Shown here one piece after another: positions 1 through 16,450 of a DNA stretch of 64,000 nucleotides. Made by a program: the position numbers and the translations under genes. Source of the DNA: Eledone cirrhosa (lineage: Eukaryota); assembly GCA_964016885.1 (NCBI GenBank), contig OZ024744.1:30070001-30134000 (forward strand), read 5' to 3'. The notes beneath the pieces were generated by a model. It made no database searches. It saw only the letters and a program-made list of their open reading frames with translations, and was not told the DNA's origin. Position 1 is the first letter of the stretch. Every line of letters starts with the position of its first letter.

Positions 1-152
1 ACACCTACATCTGACCATAGATACACCTAGAACACAAAGTAATCACTGTATGTCCCTCTATGTAAATAGGACAGTCACACCTACATCTGACCATAGATAC
101 ACCTAGAACACAAAGTAATCACTGTATGTCCCTCTATGTAAATAGGACAGTC

Positions 153-3100
153 ACACCTACATCTGACCATAGATACACCTAGAACACAAAGTAATCACTG
201 TATGTCCCTCTATGTAAATAGGACAGTCACACCTACATCTGACAATAGATACACCTAGAACACAAAGTAATCACTGTATGTCCCTCTATGTAAATAGGAC
301 AGTCACACCTACATCTGACCATAGATACACCTAGAACACAAAGTAATCAATTTATGTCCCTCTATGTAAATAGGTCAGTCACACCTACCTCTGACCATAG
401 ATACACCTCGAACACAAAGTAATCACTGTATGTCCCTCTATGTAAATAAGACAGTCACACCTAGATCTGACCATAGATACACATATAACACAAAGTAATC
501 GCTGTATGTCCCTCTATGTAAATAAGACAGTCACACCTACATCTGACTATAGATACACCTAGAACACAAAGTAATCACTGTATGTCCCTCTATGTAAATA
601 GGACAGTCACACCTACATCTGACTATAGATACACCTAGAACACAAAGTAATCATTTTATATCCCTCTACGTAAATAGGACAGTCACACGTACATCTGACT
701 ATAGATACACCTAGAACACAAAGTAATCAATGTATGTCCCTCTATGTAAATAGGACAGTCACACCTACATCTGACCATAGATACAACTAGTACACAAAGT
801 AATCACTGTATGTCCCTCTATGTAAATAGGACAGTCACACCTACATCTGACCATAGATACACCTAGAACACAAAGTAATCACTGTATGTCCCTCTATGTA
901 AATAGGACAGACACACCTACATCTGACAATAGATACACCTAGAACACAAAGTAATCACTGTATGTCCCTCTATAAAAATAGGACAGTCACACCTACATTT
1001 GACTATAGATACACCTAGAACACAAAGTAATCATTTTATGTCCCTCTACGTAAATAGGACAGTCACACCTACATCTGACTATAGATACACATAGAACACA
1101 AAGGAATCAATGTATGTCCCTCTATGTAAATAGGACAGTCACACCTACATCTGACCATAGATACACCTAGAACACAAAGTAATCACTGTATGTCCCTCTA
1201 TGTAAATAGGACAGTCACACCTACATCTGACTATAGATACACCTAGAACACAAAGTAATCATTTTATGTCCCTCTACGTAAATAGGACAGTCACACCTAC
1301 ATCTGACTACAGATACACCTAGAACACAAAGTAATCAATGTATGTCCCTCTATGTGAATAGGACAGTCACACCTACATCTGACCATAGATACACCTAGAA
1401 CACAAAGTAATCACTGTATGTCCCTCTATGTAAATTGTACAGTCACACCTACATCTGACCATAGATCCACCTAGAACACAAAGTAATCACGGTATGTCCC
1501 TCTATGTAAATAGGACAGTCACACCTACATCTGACAATAGATACACCTAGAACACAAAGTAATCACTGTATGTCCCTCTATGAAAATAGGACAGTCACAC
1601 CTACATCTGACTATAGATACACCTAGAACACAAAGTAATCATTTTATGTCCCTCTACGTAAATAGGACAGTCACACCTACATCTGACTATAGATACACCT
1701 AGAACACAAAGTAATCAATGTATGTCCGTCTATGTAAATAGGACAGTCACACCTACATCTGACCATAGATACACCTAGAACACAAAGTAATCACTGTATG
1801 CCCCTCTATGTAAATAGGACAGTCACACCTACATCTGACTATAGATACACCTAGAACACAAAGTAATCATTTTATGTCCCTCTACGTAAATAGGACAGTC
1901 ACACCTACATCTGACTATAGATACACCTAGAACACAAAGTAATCAATGTATGTCCCTCTATGTAAATAGGACAGTCACACCTACATCTGACCATAGATAC
2001 ACCTAGAACACAAAGTAATCACTGTATGTCCCTCTATGTAAATAGGACAGTCACACCTACATCTGACCATAGATACACCTAGAACACAAAGTAATCACTG
2101 TATGTCCCTCTATGTAAATAGGACAGTCACACCTACATCTGACCATAGATACACCTAGAACACAAAGTAATCACTGTATGTCCCTCTATGTAAATAGGAC
2201 AGTCACACCTACATCTGACAATAGATACACCTAGAACACAAAGTAATCACTGTATGTCCCTCTATGAAAATAGGACAGTCACACCTACATCTAACTATAG
2301 ATACACCTAGAACACAAAGTAATCAATGTATGTCCCTGTATGTAAATAGGACAGTCACACCTACATCTGACCATAGATACACCTAGAACACAAAGTAATC
2401 ACGGTATGTCCCTCTATGTAAATAGGACAGTCACACCTACATCTGACCATAGATACACCTAGAACACAAAGTAATCACTGTATGTCCCTCTATGTAAATA
2501 GGACAGTCACACCTACATCTGACAATAGATACACCTAGAACACAAAGTAATCACTGTATGTCCCTCTATGTAAATAGGACAGTCACACCTACATCTGACC
2601 ATAGATACACCTAGAACACAAAGTAATCAATTTATGTCCCTCTATGTAAATAGGTCAGTCACACCTACCTCTGACCATAGATACACCTCGAACACAAAGT
2701 AATCAATGTATGTCCCTCTATGTAAATAAGACAGTCACACCTAGATCTGACCATAGATACACATATAACACAAAGTAATCGCTGTATGTCCCTCTATGTA
2801 AATAAGACAGTCACACCTACATCTGACTATAGATACACCTAGAACACAAAGTAATCACTGTATGTCCCTCTATGTAAATAGGACAGTCACACCTACATCT
2901 GACTATAGATACACCTAGAACACAAAGTAATCATTTTATATCCCTCTACGTAAATAGGACAGTCACACGTACATCTGACTATAGATACACCTAGAACACA
3001 AAGTAATCAATGTATGTCCCTCTATGTAAATAGGACAGTCACACCTACATCTGACCATAGATACAACTAGTACACAAAGTAATCACTGTATGTCCCTCTA

Positions 3101-3610
3101 TGTAAATAGGACAGTCACACCTACATCTGACCATAGATACACCTAGAACACAAAGTAATCACTGTATGTCCCTTTATGTAAATAGGACAGACACACCTAC
3201 ATCTGACAATAGATACACCTAGAACACAAAGTAATCACTGTATGTCCCTCTATAAAAATAGGACAGTCACACCTACATTTGACTATAGATACACCTAGAA
3301 CACAAAGTAATCATTTTATGTCCCTCTACGTAAATAGGACAGTCACACCTACATCTGACTATAGATACACATAGAACACAAAGGAATCAATGTATGTCCC
3401 TCTATGTAAATAGGACAGTCACACCTACATCTGACCATAGATACACCTAGAACACAAAGTAATCACTGTATGTCCCTCTATGTAAATAGGACAGTCACAC
3501 CTACATCTGACTATAGATACACCTAGAACACAAAGTAATCATGTTATGTCCCTCTACGTAAATAGGACAGTCACACCTACATCTGACTACAGATACACCT
3601 AGAACACAAA
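153..3610. repeat. Block of about 16 monomers repeated at a 30-monomer (2280 bp) offset
   Basis: The rare variants taggtcag (371/2651) and atacaactagtac (781/3061), and the aaggaatc variant (1101/3381), recur exactly 2280 bp apart. Confidence 0.85.
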
Positions 3611-5499
3611 GTAATCATTTTATGTCCCTCTACGTAAATAGGACAGTCACACCTACATCTGACCATAGATACACCTAGAACACAAAGTAATCACTGTATG
3701 TCCCTCTATGTAAATAGGACAGACACACCTACATCTGACAATAGATACACCTAGAACACAAAGTAATCACTGTATGTCCCTCTATAAAAATAGGACAGTC
3801 ACACCTACATTTGACTATAGATACACCTAGAACACAAAGTAATCATTTTATGTCCCTCTACGTAAATAGGACAGTCACACCTACCTCTGACTATAGATAC
3901 ACATAGAACACAAAGTAATCAATGTATGTCCCTCTATGTAAATAGGACAGTCACACCTACATCTGACCATAGATACACCTAGAACACAAAGTAATCACTG
4001 TATGTCCCTCTATGTAAATAGGACAGTCACACCTACATCTGACTATAGATACACCTAGAACACAAAGTAATCATTTTATGTCCCTCTACGTAAATAGGAC
4101 AGTCACACCTACATCTGACTACAGATACACCTAGAACACAAAGTAATCAATGTATGTCCCTCTATGTAAATAGGACATTCACACCTACATCTGACCATAG
4201 ATACACCTAGAACACAAAGTAATCACTGTATGTCCCTCTATGTAAATAGTACAGTCACACCTACATCTGACCATAGATCCACCTAGAACACAAAGTAATC
4301 ACGGTATGTCCCTCTATGTAAATAGGACAGTCACACCTACATCTGACTATAGATACACCTAGAACACAAAGTAATCATTTTATATCCCTCTACGTAAATA
4401 GGACAGTCACACGTACATCTGACTATAGATACACCTAGAACACAAAGTAATCAATGTATGTCCCTCTATGTAAATAGGACAGTCACACCTACATCTGACC
4501 ATAGATACACCTAGTACACAACGTAATCACTGTATGTCCCTCTATGTAAATAGGACAGTCACACCTACATCTGACCATAGATACACCTAGAACACAAAGT
4601 AATCACTGTATGTCCCTCTATGTAAATAGGACAGACACACCTACATCTGACAATAGATACACCTAGAACACAAAGTAATCACTGTATGTCCCTCTATAAA
4701 AATAGGACAGTCACACCTACATTTGACTATAGATACACCTAGAACACAAAGTAATCATTTTATGTCCCTCTACGTAAATAGGACAGTCACACCTACATCT
4801 GACTATAGATACACATAGAACACAAAGGAATCAATGTATGTCCCTCTATGTAAATAGGACAGTCACACCTACATCTGACCATAGATACACCTAGAACACA
4901 AAGTAATCACTGTATGTCCCTCTATGTAAATAGGACAGTCACACCTACATCTGAATATAGATACACCTAGAACACAAAGTAATCATTTTATGTCCCTCTA
5001 CGTAAATAGGACAGTCACACCTACATCTGACTACAGATACACCTAGAACACAAAGTAATCAATGTATGTCCCTCTATGTAAATAGGACAGTCACACCTAC
5101 ATCTGACCATAGATACACCTAGAACACAAAGTAATCACTGTATGTCCCTCTATGTAAATAGTACAGTCACACCTACATCTGACCATACATCCACCTAGAA
5201 CACAAAGTAATCACGGTATGTCCCTCTATGTAAATAGGACAGTCACACCTACATCTGACAATAGATACACCTAGAACACAAAGTAATCACTGTATGTCCC
5301 TCTATGAAAATAGGACAGTCACACCTACATCTGACTATAGATACACCTAGAACACAAAGTAATCATTTTATGTCCCTCTACGTAAATAGGACAGTCACAC
5401 CTACATCTGACTATAGATACACCTAGAACACAAAGAAATCAATGTATGTCCGTCTATGTAAATAGGACAGTCACACCTACATCTGACCATAGATACACC

Positions 5500-8400
5500 T
5501 AGAACACAAAGTAATCACTGTATGTCCCTCTATGTAAATAGGACAGTCACACCTACATCTGACTATAGATACACCTAGAACACAAAGTAATCATTTTATG
5601 TCCCTCTACGTAAATAGGACAGTCACACCTACATCTGACTATAGATACACCTAGAACACAAAGTAATCAATGTATGTCCCTCTATGTAAATAGGACAGTC
5701 ACACCTACATCTGACTATAGATACACCTAGAACACAAAGTAATCACTGTATGTCCCTCTATGTAAATAGGACAGTCACACCTACATCTGACCATAGATAC
5801 ACCTAGAACACAAAGTAATCACTGTATGTCCCTCTATGTAAATAGGACAGTCACACCTACATCTGACCATAGATACACCTAGAACACAAAGTAATCACTG
5901 TATGTCCCTCTATGTAAATAGGACAGTCACACCTACATCTGACAATAGATACACCTAGAACACAAAGTAATCACTGTATGTCCCTCTATGAAAATAGGAC
6001 AGTCACACCTACATCTAACTATAGATACACCTAGAACACAAAGTAATCAATGTATGTCCCTGTATGTAAATAGGACAGTCACACCTACATCTGACCATAG
6101 ATACACCTAGAACACAAAGTAATCACTGTATGTCCCTCTATGTAAATAGGACAGTCACACCTACATCTGACCATAGATACACCTAGAACACAAAGTAATC
6201 ACTGTATGTCCCTCTATGTAAATAGGACAGTCACACCTACATCTGACAATAGATACACCTAGAACACAAAGTAATCACTGTATGTCCCTCTATGTAAATA
6301 GGACAGTCACACCTACATCTGACCATAGATACACCTAGAACACAAAGTAATCAATTTATGTCCCTCTATGTAAATAGGACAGTCACACCTACCTCTGACC
6401 ATAGATACACCTCGAACACAAAGTAATCACTGTATGTCCCTCTATGTAAATAAGACAGTCACACCTAGATCTGACCATAGATACACATATAACACAAAGT
6501 AATCGCTGTATGTCCCTCTATGTAAATAAGACAGTCACACCTACATCTGACTATAGATACACCTAGAACACAAAGTAATCATTTTATGTCCCTCTACGTA
6601 AATAGGACAGTCACACCTACATCTGACTATAGATACACCTAGAACACAAAGTAATCAATGTATGTCCGTCTATGTAAATAGGACAGTCACACCTACATCT
6701 GACCATAGATACACCTAGAACACAAAGTAATCACTGTATGTCCCTCTATGTAAATAGGACAGTCACACCTACATCTGACTATAGATACACCTAGAACACA
6801 AAGTAATCATTTTATGTCCCTCTACGTAAATAGGACAGTCACACCTACATCTGACTATAGATACACCTAGAACACAAAGTAATCAATGTATGTCCCTCTA
6901 TGTAAATAGGACAGTCACACCTACATCTGACTATAGATACACCTAGAACACATAGTAATCACAGTATGTCCCACTATGTAAATAGGACAGTCACACCTAC
7001 ATCTGACCATAGATACACCTAGAACACAAAGTAATCACTGTATGTCCCTCTATGTAAATAGGACAGTCACACCTACATCTGACCATAGATACACCTAGAA
7101 CACAAAGTAATCACTGTATGTCCCTCTATGTAAATAGGACAGTCACACCTACATCTGACAATAGATACACCTAGAACACAAAGTAATCACTGTATGTCCC
7201 TCTATGAAAATAGGACAGTCACACCTACATCTAACTATAGATACACCTAGAACACAAAGTAATCAATGTATGTCCCTGTATGTAAATAGGACAGTCACAC
7301 CTACATCTGACCATAGATACACCTAGAACACAAAGTAATCACTGTATGTCCCTCTATGTAAATAGGACAGTCACACCTACACCTGACCATAGATACACCT
7401 AGAACACAAAGTAATCAATTTATGTCCCTCTATGTAAATAGGACAGTCACACCTACCTCTGACCATAGATACACCTCGAACACAAAGTAATCACTGTATG
7501 TCCCTCTATGTAAATAGGACAGTCACACCTACATTTGACTATAGATACACCTAGAACACAAAGTAATCATTTTATGTCCCTCTACGTAAATAGGACAGTC
7601 ACACCTACATCTGACTATAGATACACATAGAACACAAAGTAATCAATGTATGTCCCTCTATGTAAATAGGACAGTCACACCTACATCTGACCATAGATAC
7701 ACCTGGAACACAAAGTAATCACTGTATGTCCCTCTATGTAAATAGGACAGTCACACCTACATCTGACTATAGATACACCTAGAACACAAAGTAATCATTT
7801 TATGTCCCTCTACGTAAATAGGACAGTCACACCTACATCTGACTACAGATACACCTAGAACACAAAGTAATCAATGTATGTCCCTCTATGTAAATAGGAC
7901 ATTCACACCTACATCTGACCATAGATACACCTAGAACACAAAGTAATCACTGTATGTCCCTCTATGTAAATAGTACAGTCACACCTACATCTGACCATAG
8001 ATCCACCTAGAACACAAAGTAATCACGGTATGTCCCTCTATGTAAATAGGACAGTCACACCTACATCTGACCATAGATACACCTAGAACACAAAGTAATC
8101 ACTGTATGTCCCTCTATGTAAATAGGACAGTCACACCTACTTCTGACAATAGATACACCTAGAACACAAAGTAATCACTGTATGTCCCTCTATGAAAATA
8201 GGACAGTCACACCTACATCTAACTATAGATACACCTAGAACACAAAGTAATCAATGTATGTCCCTGTATGTAAATAGGACAGTCACACCTACATCTGACC
8301 ATAGATACACCTAGAACACAAAGTAATCACTGTATGTCCCTCTATGTAAATAGGACAGTCACACCTACATCTGACCATAGATACACCTAGAACACAAAGT

Positions 8401-11400
8401 AATCACTGTATGTCCCTCTATGTAAATAGGACAGTCACACCTACATCTGACAATAGATACACCTAGAACACAAAGTAATCACTGTATGTCCCTCTATGTA
8501 AATAGGACAGTCACACCTACATCTGACCATAGATACACCTAGAACACAAAGTAATCAATTTATGTCCCTCTATGTAAATAGGACAGTCACACTTACCTCT
8601 GACCATAGATACACCTCGAACACAAAGTAATCACTGTATGTCCCTCTATGTAAATAAGACAGTCACACCTAGATCTGACCATAGATACACATATAACACA
8701 AAGTAATCGCTGTATGTCCCTCTATGTAAATAAGACAGTCACACCTACATCTGACTATAGATACACCTAGAACACAAAGTAATCACTGTATGTCCCTCTA
8801 TGTAAATAGGACAGTCACACCTACATCTGACTATAGATACACCTAGAACACAAAGTAATCATTTTATATCCCTCTACGTAAATAGGACAGTCACACGTAC
8901 ATCTGACTATAGATACACCTAGAACACAAAGTAATCAATGTATGTCCCTCTATGTAAATAGGACAGTCACACCTACATCTGACCATAGATACACCTAGAA
9001 CACAAAGTAATCACTGTATGTCCCTCTATGTAAATAGGACAGTCACACCTACATCTGACCAAAGATACACCTAGAACACAAAGTAATCACTGTATGTCCC
9101 TCTATGTAAATAGGACAGACACACCTACATCTGACAATAGATACACCTAGAACACAAAGTAATCACTGTATGTCCCTCTATGAAAATAGGACAGTCACAC
9201 CTACATTTGACTATAGATACACCTAGAACACAAAGTAATCATTTTATGTCCCTCTACGTAAATAGGACAGTCACACCTACATCTGACTATAGATACACAT
9301 AGAACACAAAGTAATCAATGTATGTCCCTCTATGTAAATAGGACAGTCACACCTACATCTGACCATAGATACACCTAGAACACAAAGTAATCACTGTATG
9401 TCCCTCTATGTAAATAGGACAGTCACACCTACATCTGACTATAGATACACCTAGAACACAAAGTAATCATTTTATGTCCCTCTACGTAAATAGGACAGTC
9501 ACACCTACATCTGACTACAGATACACCTAGAACACAAAGTAATCAATGTATGTCCCTCTATGTAAATAGGACATTCACACCTACATCTGACCATAGATAC
9601 ACCTAGAACACAAAGTAATCACTGTATGTCCCTCTATGTAAATAGTACAGTCACACCTACATCTGACCATAGATCCACCTAGAACACAAAGTAATCACGG
9701 TATGTCCCTCTATGTAAATAGGACAGTCACACCTACATCTGACAATAGATACACCTAGAACACAAAGTAATCACTGTATGTCCCTCTATGAAAATAGGAC
9801 AGTCACACCTACATTTGACTATAGATACACCTAGAACACAAAGTAATCAATGTATGTCCCTCTATGTAAATAGGACAGTCACACCTACATCTGACCATAG
9901 ATACACCTAGAACACAAAGTAATCACTGTATGTCCCTCTATGTAAATAGGACAGTCACACCTACATCTGACCATAGATACACCTAGAACACAAAGTAATC
10001 ACTGTATGTCCCTCTATGTAAATAGGACAGTCACACCTACATCTGACAATAGATACACCTAGAACACAAAGTAATCACTGTATGTCCCTCTATGTAAATA
10101 GGACAGTCACACCTACATCTGACCATAGATACACCTAGAACACAAAGTAATCAATTTATGTCCCTCTATGTAAATAGGACAGTCACACCTACCTCTGACC
10201 ATAGATACACCTCGAACACAAAGTAATCACTGTATGTCCCTCTATGTAAATAAGACAGTCACACCTAGATCTGACCATAGATACACATATAACACAAAGT
10301 AATCGCTGTATGTCCCTCTATGTAAATAAGACAGTCACACCTACATCTGACTATAGATACACCTAGAACACAAAGTAATCATTTTATGTCCCTCTACGTA
10401 AATAGTACAGTCACACCTACATCTGACCATAGATCCACCTAGAACACAAAGTAATCACGGTATGTCCCTCTATGTAAATAGGACAGTCACACCTACATCT
10501 GACAATAGATACACCTAGAACACAAAGTAATCACTGTATGTCCCTCTATGAAAATAGGACAGTCACACCTACATCTGACTATAGATACACCTAGAACACA
10601 AAGTAATCATTTTATGTCCCTCTACGTAAATAGGACAGTCACACCTACATCTGACTTTAGATACACCTAGAACACAAAGTAATCAATGTATGTCCGTCTA
10701 TGTAAATAGGACAGTCACACCTACATCTGACCATAGATACACCTAGAACACAAAGTAATCACTGTATGTCCCTCTATGTAAATAGGACAGTCACACCTAC
10801 ATCTGACTATAGATACACCTAGAACACAAAGTAATCATTTTATGTCCCTCTACGTAAATAGGACAGTCACACCTACATCTGACTATAGATACACCTAGAA
10901 CACAAAGTAATCAATGTATGTCCCTCTATGTAAATAGTACAGTCACACCTACATCTGACCATAGATCCACCTAGAACACAAAGTAATCACGGTATGTCCC
11001 TCTATGTAAATAGGACAGTCACACCTACATCTGACTATAGATACACCTAGAACACAAAGTAATCATTTTATATCCCTCTACGTAAATAGGACAGTCACAC
11101 GTACATCTGACTATAGATACACCTAGAACACAAAGTAATCAATGTATGTCCCTCTATGTAAATAGGACAGTCACACCTACATCTGACCATAGATACACCT
11201 AGTACACAAAGTAATCACTGTATGTCCCTCTATGTAAATAGGACAGTCACACCTACATCTGACTATAGATACACCTAGAACACAAAGTAATCATTTTATG
11301 TCCCTCTACGTAAATAGGACAGTCACACCTACATCTGACTATAGATACACCTAGAACACAAAGTAATCAATGTATGTCCCTCTATGTAAATAGGACAGTC

Positions 11401-14400
11401 ACACCTACATCTGACTATAGATACACCTAGAACACAAAGTAATCACTGTATGTCCCTCTATGTAAATAGGACAGTCACACCTACATCTGACCATAGATAC
11501 ACCTAGAACACAAAGTAATCACTGTATGTCCCTCTATGTAAATAGGACAGTCACACCTACATCTGACCATAGATACACCTAGAACACAAAGTAATCACTG
11601 TATGTCCCTCTATGTAAATAGGACAGTCACACCTACATCTGACAATAGATACACCTAGAACACAAAGTAATCACTGTATGTCCCTCTATGAAAATAGGAC
11701 AGTCACACCTACATCTAACTATAGATACACCTAGAACACAAAGTAATCAATGTATGTCCCTGTATGTAAATAGGACAGTCACACCTACATCTGACCATAG
11801 ATACACCTAGAACACAAAGTAATCACTGTATGTCCCTCTATGTAAATAGGACAGTCACACCTACATCTGACCATAGATACACCTAAAACACAAAGTAATC
11901 ACTGTATGTCCCTCTATGTAAATAGGACAGTCACACCTACATCTGACAATAGATACACCTAGAACACAAAGTAATCACTGTATGTCCCTCTATGTAAATA
12001 GGACAGTCACACCTACATCTGACCATAGATACACCTAGAACACAAAGTAATCAATTTATGTCCCTCTATGTAAATAGGACAGTCACACCTACCTCTGACC
12101 ATAGATACACCTCGAACACAAAGTAATCACTGTATGTCCCTCTATGTAAATAAGACAGTCACACCTAGATCTGACCATAGATACACATATAACACAAAGT
12201 AATCGCTGTATGTCCCTCTATGTAAATAAGACAGTCACACCTACATCTGACTATAGATACACCTAGAACACAAAGTAATCATTTTATGTCCCTCTACGTA
12301 AATAGGACAGTCACACCTACATCTGACTATAGATACACCTAGAACACAAAGTAATCAATGTATGTCCGTCTATGTAAATAGGACAGTCACACCTACATCT
12401 GACCATAGATACACCTAGAACACAAAGTAATCACTGTATGTCCCTCTATGTAAATAGGACAGTCACACCTACATCTGACTATAGATACACCTAGAACACA
12501 AAGTAATCATTTTATGTCCCTCTACGTAAATAGGACAGTCACACCTACATCTGACTATAGATACACCTAGAACACAAAGTAATCAATGTATGTCCCTCTA
12601 TGTAAATAGGACAGTCACACCTACATCTGACTATAGATACACCTAGAACACATAGTAATCACAGTATGTCCCACTATGTAAATAGGACAGTCACACCTAC
12701 ATCTGACCATAGATACACCTAGAACACAAAGTAATCACTGTATGTCCCTCTATGTAAATAGGACAGTCACACCTACATCTGACCATAGATACACCTAGAA
12801 CACAAAGTAATCACTGTATGTCCCTCTATGTAAATAGGACAGTCACACCTACATCTGACAATAGATACACCTAGAACACAAAGTAATCACTGTATGTCCC
12901 TCTATGAAAATAGGACAGTCACACCTACATCTAACTATAGATACACCTAGAACACAAAGTAATCAATGTATGTCCCTGTATGTAAATAGGACAGTCACAC
13001 CTACATCTGACCATAGATACACCTAGAACACAAAGTAATCACTGTATATCCCTCTATGTAAATAGGACAGTCACACCTACATCTGACCATAGATACACCT
13101 AGAACACAAAGTAATCACTGTATGTCCCTCTATGTAAATAGGACAGTCACACCTACACCTGACCATAGATACACCTAGAACACAAAGTAATCAATTTATG
13201 TCCCTCTATGTAAATAGGACAGTCACACCTACCTCTGACCATAGATACACCTCGAACACAAAGTAATCACTGTATGTCCCTCTATGTAAATAGGACAGTC
13301 ACACCTACATTTGACTATAGATACACCTAGAACACAAAGTAATCATTTTATGTCCCTCTACGTAAATAGGACAGTCACACCTACATCTGACTATAGATAC
13401 ACATAGAACACAAAGTAATCAATGTATGTCCCTCTATGTAAATAGGACAGTCACACCTACATCTGACCATAGATACACCTGGAACACAAAGTAATCACTG
13501 TATGTCCCTCTATGTAAATAGGACAGTCACACCTACATCTGACTATAGATACACCTAGAACACAAAGTAATCATTTTATGTCCCTCTACGTAAATAGGAC
13601 AGTCACACCTACATCTGACTACAGATACACCTAGAACACAAAGTAATCAATGTATGTCCCTCTATGTAAATAGGACATTCACACCTACATCTGACCATAG
13701 ATACACCTAGAACACAAAGTAATCACTGTATGTCCCTCTATGTAAATAGTACAGTCACACCTACATCTGACCATAGATCCACCTAGAACACAAAGTAATC
13801 ACGGTATGTCCCTCTATGTAAATAGGACAGTCACACCTACATCTGACCATAGATACACCTAGAACACAAAGTAATCACTGTATGTCCCTCTATGTAAATA
13901 GGACAGTCACACCTACTTCTGACAATAGATACACCTAGAACACAAAGTAATCACTGTATGTCCCTCTATGAAAATAGGACAGTCACACCTACATCTAACT
14001 ATAGATACACCTAGAACACAAAGTAATCAATGTATGTCCCTGTATGTAAATAGGACAGTCACACCTACATCTGACCATAGATACACCTAGAACACAAAGT
14101 AATCACTGTATGTCCCTCTATGTAAATAGGACAGTCACACCTACATCTGACCATAGATACACCTAGAACACAAAGTAATCAATTTATGTCCCTCTATGTA
14201 AATAGGACAGTCACACTTACCTCTGACCATAGATACACCTCGAACACAAAGTAATCACTGTATGTCCCTCTATGTAAATAAGACAGTCACACCTAGATCT
14301 GACCATAGATACACATATAACACAAAGTAATCGCTGTATGTCCCTCTATGTAAATAAGACAGTCACACCTACATCTGACTATAGATACACCTAGAACACA

Positions 14401-16450
14401 AAGTAATCACTGTATGTCCCTCTATGTAAAAAGGACAGTCACACCTACATCTGACTATAGATACACCTAGAACACAAAGTAATCATTTTATATCCCTCTA
14501 CGTAAATAGGACAGTCACACGTACATCTGACTATAGATACACCTAGAACACAAAGTAATCAATGTATGTCCCTCTATGTAAATAGGACAGTCACACCTAC
14601 ATCTGACCATAGATACACCTAGAACACAAAGTAATCACTGTATGTCCCTCTATGTAAATAGGACAGTCACACCTACATCTGACCATAGATACACCTAGAA
14701 CACAAAGTAATCACTGTATGTCCCTCTATGTAAATAGGACAGACACACCTACATCTGACAATAGATACACCTAGAACACAAAGTAATCACTGTATGTCCC
14801 TCTATGAAAATAGGACAGTCACACCTACATTTGACTATAGATACACCTAGAACACAAAGTAATCATTTTATGTCCCTCTACGTAAATAGGACAGTCACAC
14901 CTACATCTGACTATAGATACACATAGAACACAAAGTAATCAATGTATGTCCCTCTATGTAAATAGGACAGTCACACCTACATCTGACCATAGATACACCT
15001 AGAACACAAAGTAATCACTGTATGTCCCTCTATGTAAATAGGACAGTCACACCTACATCTGACTATAGATACACCTAGAACACAAAGTAATCATTTTATG
15101 TCCCTCTACGTAAATAGGACAGTCACACCTACATCTGACTACAGATACACCTAGAACACAAAGTAATCAATGTATGTCCCTCTATGTAAATAGGACATTC
15201 ACACCTACATCTGACCATAGATACACCTAGAACACAAAGTAATCACTGTATGTCCCTCTATGTAAATAGTACAGTCACACCTACATCTGACCATAGATCC
15301 ACCTAGAACACAAAGTAATCACGGTATGTCCCTCTATGTAAATAGGACAGTCACACCTACATCTGACAATAGATACACCTAGAACACAAAGTAATCACTG
15401 TATGTCCCTCTATGAAAATAGGACAGTCACACCTACATTTGACTATAGATACACCTAGAACACAAAGTAATCAATGTATGTCCCTCTATGTAAATAGGAC
15501 AGTCACACCTACATCTGACCATAGATACACCTAGAACACAAAGTAATCACTGTATGTCCCTCTATGTAAATAGGACAGTCACACCTACATCTGACCATAG
15601 ATACACCTAGAACACAAAGTAATCACTGTATGTCCCTCTATGTAAATAGGACAGTCACACCTACATCTGACAATAGATACACCTAGAACACAAAGTAATC
15701 ACTGTATGTCCCTCTATGTAAATAGGACAGTCACACCTACATCTGACCATAGATACACCTAGAACACAAAGTAATCAATTTATGTCCCTCTATGTAAATA
15801 GGACAGTCACACCTACCTCTGACCATAGATACACCTCGAACACAAAGTAATCACTGTATGTCCCTCTATGTAAATAAGACAGTCACACCTAGATCTGACC
15901 ATAGATACACATATAACACAAAGTAATCGCTGTATGTCCCTCTATGTAAATAAGACAGTCACACCTACATCTGACTATAGATACACCTAGAACACAAAGT
16001 AATCATTTTATGTCCCTCTACGTAAATAGTACAGTCACACCTACATCTGACCATAGATCCACCTAGAACACAAAGTAATCACGGTATGTCCCTCTATGTA
16101 AATAGGACAGTCACACCTACATCTGACAATAGATACACCTAGAACACAAAGTAATCACTGTATGTCCCTCTATGAAAATAGGACAGTCACACCTACATCT
16201 GACTATAGATACACCTAGAACACAAAGTAATCATTTTATGTCCCTCTACGTAAATAGGACAGTCACACCTACATCTGACTTTAGATACACCTAGAACACA
16301 AAGTAATCAATGTATGTCCGTCTATGTAAATAGGACAGTCACACCTACATCTGACCATAGATACACCTAGAACACAAAGTAATCACTGTATGTCCCTCTA
16401 TGTAAATAGGACAGTCACACCTACATCTGACTATAGATACACCTAGAACA
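5500..16450. repeat. Approximately 74-76-monomer (about 5.7 kb) near-tandem duplication
   Basis: catagt/acagta/ccacta lies at 6951 and 12651 (5700 bp). cctggaac lies at about 7702 and 13478 (5776 bp). acttacct lies at 8591 and 14215 (5624 bp). The offset shifts by whole monomers. Boundaries are approximate. Confidence 0.8.
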
